DNA of 24,040 bases, from IMG/VR virus record IMGVR_UViG_2061766007_000581; one strand, given 5' to 3'. The notes under the pieces were generated by a model. It was not told where the DNA came from, did not search any database, and was given only the letters and a program-made list of their open reading frames with translations. This stretch comes from an uncultured virus (IMG/VR IMGVR_UViG_2061766007_000581). Its lineage: Duplodnaviria > Heunggongvirae > Uroviricota > Caudoviricetes. Made by a program: the position numbers and the translations under genes. This document shows positions 18,421 to 24,040 of this stretch, one piece after another (the stretch's first letter is position 1; each line of letters opens with the position of its first letter).

Positions 18421-19101
18421 TCACCATCCTCTTCTCAGCGCAGAGTTCACTTCCTTGATGATGCCTGCCTTGGTGCTGTCCCTCAGCACATTGTCGCCGA
18501 TGATCGCGTAGTACATCTGCTTATACGACGGATACCCAGGAAGTATCTCGTCGTCGTACCTGTCCCTCCTTAACAGCCTCGGGTATGAGTAGATAGGGAA
18601 CGTCGCCATCCATATCTGCTGCTTTTTATGCTCGAATATCGTCGTGCATGCCTCTCCTCCTATGAGTGCATACCTCCTGCCGTAGTCATCAGGCTCAAGA
18701 TACTCCGGCGGCATGTCGACGATGTCGAAGGTATACCCTTTCCTTCTTGCAAGGAAGGTCTGCACTATCTCATTGTTCAGTATCTTAAGCCACGTGTCAC
18801 ATGGGATATCCTCATGCGGCACGCCGACATTCAGCAGCTCTTCCCTCAGCACGTTATAGTCGTGCTGCATAAAGGCCTGATGCTGTGTGATGTCCGCTGC
18901 CATGACCTTGACGCTCTCCCTCGTGACGAAGCAGCAGGCATTGGCGAAGCTGCGTCTTTGATAGAAGCCAGGATAGTAGCGCTCGTAATAATCATCGCCG
19001 TCATCACCACGCCAGACATTGGTCTGCACAATGCCTTTGGCAAAGCAATTAGCGTACTCCTGCACCGATTGTTTCTCATAGCTCTGCACCCACATAGGCA
19101 T
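18421..19101 (-). CDS. Hypothetical protein, 226 aa
   Basis: ORF track; GAGTGA RBS. Confidence 0.8.
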   Translation of the reverse strand: MPMWVQSYEKQSVQEYANCFAKGIVQTNVWRGDDGDDYYERYYPGFYQRRSFANACCFVTRESVKVMAADITQHQAFMQHDYNVLREELLNVGVPHEDIPCDTWLKILNNEIVQTFLARRKGYTFDIVDMPPEYLEPDDYGRRYALIGGEACTTIFEHKKQQIWMATFPIYSYPRLLRRDRYDDEILPGYPSYKQMYYAIIGDNVLRDSTKAGIIKEVNSALRRGW

Positions 19102-19105
19102 GGTG

Positions 19106-19606
19106 TCACTCTCCCAGCTCTCTCAGCACTCTCTTGAGATTTGTGATAGCTTCTTCCATCTTCTCGATGGATGCCTTCAGCTTGATGACTGCCTCTCTGC
19201 TCACCGCAGGTTCCTGATCTTCCTCATCGGCCTCGTCGATGTCATTGTCATCGTCAATGTCATCGTCATCACGGCTGCCCCAGTCGTCGTCAGGCTCGTC
19301 GACTCCCGCAGCGGTGTCCCTCATGTGCCCGATCATCTCCTTGATGGGGTCCATGTACTCTGTCTCGGTGTATATCCTGTACATGAGAGAGAATGTCTCA
19401 TTGAATGTGTCATCATCGGTGAGCATCTCCCTGACGGCGGATGAGCCGAATTGCCTCATGGAATATGCGACGCACACGTTGGCGAAGAGCTCGCTGTCCA
19501 TATCCTTGTCCACTTTCTTCACTCTGTCGGCGAACTTCAGTGTGATGGCCTTGAGGTCATCCACCGAGATGCCGTTCATAGTTCCTGTATTGTCTGTTGT
19601 TGCCAT
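19106..19606 (-). CDS. Acidic protein with C-terminal coiled coil, 166 aa
   Basis: AGGAGG RBS; Asp/Glu tract; first gene after a motif copy. Confidence 0.85.
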   Translation of the reverse strand: MATTDNTGTMNGISVDDLKAITLKFADRVKKVDKDMDSELFANVCVAYSMRQFGSSAVREMLTDDDTFNETFSLMYRIYTETEYMDPIKEMIGHMRDTAAGVDEPDDDWGSRDDDDIDDDNDIDEADEEDQEPAVSREAVIKLKASIEKMEEAITNLKRVLRELGE

Positions 19607-19667
19607 ATTTGTTCCTCCTTGGTAGTGGTGGGATGGAAAGGGTTTGGAATGGGTTTGGAATATGTTT

Positions 19668-19690
19668 CAAAAAACGTCCATTGAATGTAA
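19668..19690 (-). promoter_or_regulatory. Element-specific promoter-like motif
   Basis: TTACATTCAATG-GACGTTTTTT-G. Confidence 0.75.
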
Positions 19691-19819
19691 CGATGTTGCA
19701 TCGTGATGGTTTGATGGGATAATGATGCTTGTTACATGAATGGTAGTGGTGATTTGAAGGAGTGGAAGGAGAGATTTTGATAACAATTATAACATTTATA
19801 ACGTTATAGCCTCCTTATT

Positions 19820-19936
19820 TTCTACTTTTCTACACTTTCTACTAGGGAATAGAAGAATATTGTTTTTATAAATAATATACCAAGTAATATATTTTACATT
19901 CATTTATTATTCAGTAGAAGTTGTAGAAAAGTAGAA
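19820..19936. repeat. 24-bp inverted repeat of 3x TTCTAC flanking an AT-rich 69-bp spacer (candidate origin)
   Basis: 19820-19843 TTCTACTTTTCTACACTTTCTACT vs reverse complement of 19913-19936, 22/24 identical. Confidence 0.8.
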
Positions 19937-20166
19937 GCGAAATTGCAAGGGATGTATGGAAAGGGTAGATGGGATGTGGAAAATGTAGACGGCATGTATA
20001 GAAAAGTTCCAGTGGAAACGAAGGTTTTCTGATAAGGAAAAATGACAAGGTTTTTAAATGATGGTCGGAAATAAGCGTGCAGAAATGGACTAAATCGGAA
20101 TCTGATATATAATGGTTGGTAGGGGAGAGGAAATTTAGGGATTTGGCGTGCTACAGTGTAGCACGG

Positions 20167-20442
20167 TTAAATGGAACCGAATTGCATGAAGTGTTTGAAT
20201 TTTGGATATTTGTTGCACCATTCGTTGACGTATCTTTTTGATGCGAAATGCCATTGTTCTGCATCTCTGTAGAGAGAACCACCTATGTCTTGAGCCGATC
20301 TTAATTCCTGTGATGTCTCGAAACATTGTGATTCGAAAGTCAAGTCAAAAAGATTCCACCTCTGCACCATGATAGGCGATGATGCAGAAGGTTGCAGTAC
20401 CCTGATGACCGCCTGCACCCTCTCGACGGAAGGGTTGGGGTC
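20167..20442 (-). CDS. Hypothetical protein, 5' end in gap
   Basis: DPNPSVERVQAVIRVLQ...FMQFGSI*; N-terminus seen in the allele at 16498. Confidence 0.75.
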   Translation of the reverse strand, partial: DPNPSVERVQAVIRVLQPSASSPIMVQRWNLFDLTFESQCFETSQELRSAQDIGGSLYRDAEQWHFASKRYVNEWCNKYPKFKHFMQFGSI

Positions 20443-21320
20443 NNNNNNNNNNCAGGGAATTGATTAAATCGGAATCTGATATATAATGGTTGGTAGGGGA
20501 GAGGAAATTTAGGGNNNNNNNNNNCATCCTGAGCTGACCTTAATTCCTGTGATGTCTCGAAACATTGTGATTCGAAAGTCAAGTCAAANNNNNNNNNNNN
20601 NNNNNNNNNNNNNNNNNNNNNNNNNNNNNNNNNNNNNNNNNNNNNNNNNNNNNNNNNNNNNNNNNNNNNNNNNNNNNNNNNNNNNNNNNNNNNNNNNNNN
20701 NNNNNNNNNNNNNNNNNNNNNNNNNNNNNNNNNNNNNNNNNNNNNNNNNNNNNNNNNNNNNNNNNNNNNNNNNNNNNNNNNNNNNNNNNNNNNNNNNNNN
20801 NNNNNNNNNNNNNNNNNNNNNNNNNNNNNNNNNNNNNNNNNNNNNNNNNNNNNNNNNNNNNNNNNNNNNNNNNNNNNNNNNNNNNNNNNNNNNNNNNNNN
20901 NNNNNNNNNNNNNNNNNNNNNNNNNNNNNNNNNNNNNNNNNNNNNNNNNNNNNNNNNNNNNNNNNNNNNNNNNNNNNNNNNNNNNNNNNNNNNNNNNNNN
21001 NNNNNNNNNNNNNNNNNNNNNNNNNNNNNNNNNNNNNNNNNNNNNNNNNNNNNNNNNNNNNNNNNNNNNNNNNNNNNNNNNNNNNNNNNNNNNNNNNNNN
21101 NNNNNNNNNNNNNNNNNNNNNNNNNNNNNNNNNNNNNNNNNNNNNNNNNNNNNNNNNNNNNNNNNNNNNNNNNNNNNNNNNNNNNNNNNNNNNNNNNNNN
21201 NNNNNNNNNNNNNNNNNNNNNNNNNNNNNNNNNNNNNNNNNNNNNNNNNNNNNNNNNNNNNNNNNNNNNNTTGCTTCCCGCCGAGTCGCGGAGAGGGGGA
21301 CGGTTGTTCTCTCCCTTCAT

Positions 21321-21354
21321 AAAAAAAATAAAGGGAGAGGGCGACTGCCCTCTC
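21321..21354 (-). terminator. Hairpin plus poly-T terminator
   Basis: GAGAGGGC-AGTC-GCCCTCTC then CCTTTATTTTTTTT, 7 nt after stop. Confidence 0.75.
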
Positions 21355-21360
21355 TTGCGC

Positions 21361-21907
21361 TCAGAAGCTGGGCACCCTGGCTCCAGTCTTCTGCATCTGT
21401 GAGCCCTGGCCGTCAGGCCCTGATTTCAGCCCGAGGGGCTTGATATCGAAGACCTTGTACCTNNNNNNNNNNATCAGGCCCTGATTTCAGCCCGAGGGGC
21501 TTGATATCGAAGACCTTGTACCTGGTCATACCGTTGGCGTCCTTCTTGGCCAGGCCGTCGATTCCGACGTCGACCTTGACACGGCCGACGACCTCTGCCT
21601 CCCTGACGTCGAGCAATGCGTCAACATCTTTCAGGCCGAGAGCGTAGCACAGCTCTGAAAGGGATTCCATCGTGTGCTCGTCCGCGCTTCCGTCCGTCCT
21701 GTTGGCGAACAGGGTGGTGCTGAACTGAGCGCCGTTCCTCTTGGCCGTGTACATCACACGGATGTTCGCACCGCAGTTCTCCTTCGCGACATTCGCGAAG
21801 ACGCACCTGACAATCAGCACCTGAGTGCCGACCTCGGGCTCGACCGCGTTGGCGGGGGTTGCGTTCACAGGCTTGGCTAACAGCTGGGATATCTTTACAT
21901 CCGACAT
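21361..21907 (-). CDS. Putative DUF669-like (OB-fold/SSB-like) protein; internal 50-bp assembly duplication
   Basis: AGGAGG RBS, MSDVK...; ...LSELCYALGL...VVGRVKVDVG...YKVFDIKP; true C-terminus ...GARVPSF* once the duplicate is collapsed. Confidence 0.45.
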
Positions 21908-21935
21908 ATTAGTTCCTCCTAGGTTTCTTATTTCG

Positions 21936-22165
21936 TGCTCAATGATGAGCAAAAATCATTCATTGAATGTAATGTCCATATCCACCCATCCACCACATAC
22001 GTGGTGGGTGGTGGTGGATGGTGACCGTCACAACGACCGAACAAAACACACAACAACGACCTTCGTTCAATCAATGAACGAAAATCAATCATTGAATGTA
22101 ATTGATTCAATCATTCAATGCGATTGATTGCTCTTTTATGAGCAATCACATTTCATTGATTGTAA
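21936..22165 (-). promoter_or_regulatory. Cluster of three promoter-like motif copies, each followed by a short hairpin
   Basis: Cores at 21961-21972, 22090-22101 and 22154-22165; conserved G at 21950, 22079 and 22143. Confidence 0.75.
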
Positions 22166-22278
22166 TGTTCAATCAATCAATTATGAACGAACTCCCGCGC
22201 TACGGAAAGGGGTGCCGTTGTCATCAGAGGGGCGCGACGAAAAACCGCGACCCAATTTCAACGATAATATATTACCAA

Positions 22279-22338
22279 CTGCACAGACGATGCCCTTCCC
22301 GCCTGCACGGACGATACACCCTCGCCTGCGCGGATCAC
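22279..22338 (+). repeat. Three degenerate direct repeats, 23-24 bp period
   Basis: CTGCACAGACGAT (22279), CTGCACGGACGAT (22303), CTGCGCGGATCAC (22326). Confidence 0.6.
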
Positions 22339-22442
22339 ACACGCAGTTCTTTATATACAGTACACAGATATCATATCGAACGGGTAAGCCCGGGGCAGGT
22401 GCCGTTCAGGGTTCGGTATTATCCCATGCACCCCCCTGCCCC

Positions 22443-22685
22443 TCAGATCTCCAGATCCTCCTCTTCCTTCTTCTCCCTGATCCATCTGACGGCCCACACG
22501 TTGCCCCTCTTCCTCCCCCCGCCGACAGGGTAGATCTGTCCGCTGAATGACAGTGCCTTGATACAACCATGCAGGCGCCTCGCGTCGACACCCAGCTCCC
22601 TGGCCAATTCGGCCGCCGACATCGGCCCCCTGACCCTCAACACTTCCAGCACCCGTGCCTTCAATACCCCTTTGGTCTCTCTCAA
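22443..22685 (-). CDS. Winged helix-turn-helix DNA-binding protein, 80 aa
   Basis: ARVLEVLRVRGPMSAAELARELGVDARRLHGCIKALSFSGQIYPVG; TTG start; TA-rich tract at about 22716-22732. Confidence 0.8.
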   Translation of the reverse strand: MRETKGVLKARVLEVLRVRGPMSAAELARELGVDARRLHGCIKALSFSGQIYPVGGGRKRGNVWAVRWIREKKEEEDLEI

Positions 22686-22748
22686 TATACCACGTCTCCC
22701 CTATGCGCATATCCCATATATATAATATATTACACGTTATAAGCAACA

Positions 22749-22756
22749 TTTATTAA
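22749..22756 (+). promoter_or_regulatory. Archaeal TATA box (TTTATTAA)
   Basis: 24 nt upstream of a structured non-coding segment starting at G22780. Confidence 0.5.
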
Positions 22757-22779
22757 CCCCCCTGCAGATCATATACACA

Positions 22780-22851
22780 GCCGAGTCGGGTCCGTGTCCA
22801 CAATAATTTTCCCAATCGGGCGGGTGCCTCCCCGTGCCCGTCCCCTCGGCA
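22780..22851 (+). ncRNA. Candidate small structured RNA of about 72 nt
   Basis: GCCGAG/CTCGGC terminal stem, internal 10-bp stem 22818-22827 with 22834-22843, TATA upstream, pyrimidine tract downstream. Confidence 0.4.
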
Positions 22852-22870
22852 TATCCCTTTCATCTTTATC

Positions 22871-22878
22871 TTTATAAA
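22871..22878 (+). promoter_or_regulatory. Archaeal TATA box (TTTATAAA), probably leaderless transcript
   Basis: -30 to -23 relative to ATG 22901; no RBS in between. Confidence 0.65.
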
Positions 22879-22900
22879 CTCCCCCTTCCTTCTTCATATC

Positions 22901-23503
22901 ATGACAGACATCTCCATTGATGATATGATAACCGCCAGGACGGAGGCGCGCCCTGACTTCAAAAAGGGCGGTCAGCCGCTCGCTCCTTTCAAGAACAAGG
23001 ACGATCTGGAGGCAGACGGCATGGATGCCATGAACGCCTCGATCGCGGCCGCGAGGAACAAGAAGAAAGCGACAGAGTTGGATGCATCCATCGACAAGTT
23101 AGAGCAGAGTATCCTTCAGGACGACCGTGCCGACGCCCCGACACCGGGCGAGCCCACCGAGGACATGCGCACGGCGGCAGCATCCGGCAAGGCGATCGCC
23201 GAAGCCCCCGAGAGGGAGGCGGCGGAGAGGGAGAGCGTGCTGGAGAGCATACTCACCCCGGAGATACTCGAGGGCTACAAGGCCAGGACGCTCCCCAAGG
23301 AGCTGCAGGATGCTATACAGAGCCTCTATGACAACTACGCCATCGTCAAGTCGGCCACTGCGGAGTTCTCCAAGGCGGAGGAGGGCAGCGAGGCGGCCAT
23401 CACCGAGGACGCCGTTGCGGAGTCTGCCGGGGCCCCCTGCGCCGAGGACGCCGAGCCCAAGCACGGCAAAGGCATCGACGCACTGATCGCCGAGAGGCAG
23501 TGA
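22901..23503 (+). CDS. Acidic Ala/Glu-rich protein, 200 aa, possibly virion-associated
   Basis: ORF track; GC-rich third codon positions; TATA upstream. Confidence 0.85.
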   Translation: MTDISIDDMITARTEARPDFKKGGQPLAPFKNKDDLEADGMDAMNASIAAARNKKKATELDASIDKLEQSILQDDRADAPTPGEPTEDMRTAAASGKAIAEAPEREAAERESVLESILTPEILEGYKARTLPKELQDAIQSLYDNYAIVKSATAEFSKAEEGSEAAITEDAVAESAGAPCAEDAEPKHGKGIDALIAERQ

Positions 23504-23504
23504 C

Positions 23505-24040
23505 ATGACGGACATCNNNNNNNNNNCGTGGAAACAGGCCACCGACTCTCCTGAGAGGGCCGGGGAATTCCTCAAGGCAGACTACTACAAGCCCACACCC
23601 GAGGAGACCGCCCAGGTCAGGACCGGCGGGCGCATAAGCATGGATCCGGACGGGATGAGGCTGTACAATTCCGACGGCGTGATGACGTACGGCCCTGAGA
23701 TCACTGCACAGCGTGAGGCTGAGGATGCTGCGATCAGGAGGCGGGGGCGCACACCCATCACATCATCCTCGCCGAACCTGACGGACAAGACGCGCAGGTA
23801 CCTGAAGAGGAAGGAAGAGGCTGAGAGCAAACGCCCGTTCACCGGCAAGCTGCCTGCACAGCAGCAACAGTCGCAGCAGCCCGCTGGCAAGGAGCCCTTC
23901 ACCGGTAAGATGCCTGCACAACAGCAGCCTGCTGCCGGTAAAGAGCCGTTCACAGGTAAAGAACCTTTCACAGGCAAGACACCGTTCACTGGTAAGACTC
24001 CGTTCACTGGTAAGATGCCTGCGCAGCAGCCTGCGGGACA
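23505..24040 (+). CDS. Low-complexity PFTGK-repeat protein, runs off window (not in ORF track)
   Basis: MTDI[gap]WKQATDSPERAGEFLKADYY...KRPFTGKLPAQQQQSQQPAGKEPFTGKMPAQQQPAAGKEPFTGKEPFTGKTPFTGKTPFTGKMPAQQPAG; third-position variation between repeats. Confidence 0.85.
   Translation, partial: MTDIXXXXWKQATDSPERAGEFLKADYYKPTPEETAQVRTGGRISMDPDGMRLYNSDGVMTYGPEITAQREAEDAAIRRRGRTPITSSSPNLTDKTRRYLKRKEEAESKRPFTGKLPAQQQQSQQPAGKEPFTGKMPAQQQPAAGKEPFTGKEPFTGKTPFTGKTPFTGKMPAQQPAG

Noticed and set aside
19399..19410. CATTGAATGTGT partial motif match
   Set aside because: Inside a CDS and lacks the T tract and the conserved G
20453..20588. Repeats of 20091-20139 and about 20290-20349 suggesting an array or DGR template/variable pair
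   Set aside because: Tiny fragments between 10-N gaps; differences are not adenine-specific and no reverse transcriptase is visible: alternative alleles
21413..21523. 50-bp direct repeat and apparent frameshift in the SSB-like gene
   Set aside because: Exact overlap on both sides of a 10-N gap: unmerged contig ends
21936..22190. CRISPR-like repeats
   Set aside because: Irregular spacing and degenerate units, no cas genes, and the same motif is dispersed upstream of operons
22780..22851. tRNA gene
   Set aside because: Acceptor-like stem and size fit, but no D, anticodon or T arm consensus
23585..24007. Minus-strand 140-aa 'LPVNG' repeat ORF
   Set aside because: Antisense of the PFTGK protein; variation is synonymous only in the plus frame

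Overview
Gapped, probably metagenomic scaffold of a large dsDNA virus or mobile element. The host is most likely an archaeon of the Methanomassiliicoccales: GGTGA/GGAGG ribosome-binding sites, TATA-box promoters on the right-hand side, and a gene resembling a host-type DUF45/YgjP protein (recognised from memory, not searched). Positions 1-21907 are a dense, almost all minus-strand array of about 40 small, translationally coupled early/accessory genes. Recognisable members include GP88-like, PcfJ-like, GIY-YIG, DUF3846-like and DUF669/SSB-like proteins and a wHTH/Tad2-like/Lar-like fusion. Operon heads in this array carry a non-TATA motif, TTACAHTCAATG-N10-G (7 clear copies plus 1 degenerate), and three copies cluster at the start of the array (21.95-22.17 kb). 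An AT-rich spacer flanked by inverted TTCTAC arrays at 19.8-19.95 kb looks like a replication origin. Beyond about 22.2 kb the GC content rises, canonical TATA boxes appear, and there are a wHTH gene, two candidate small structured RNAs and plus-strand genes, one of them a PFTGK-repeat protein. Several duplications bounded by N gaps, including the only plus-strand island (15.6-16.65 kb), are best explained as strain variants or misplaced contigs.
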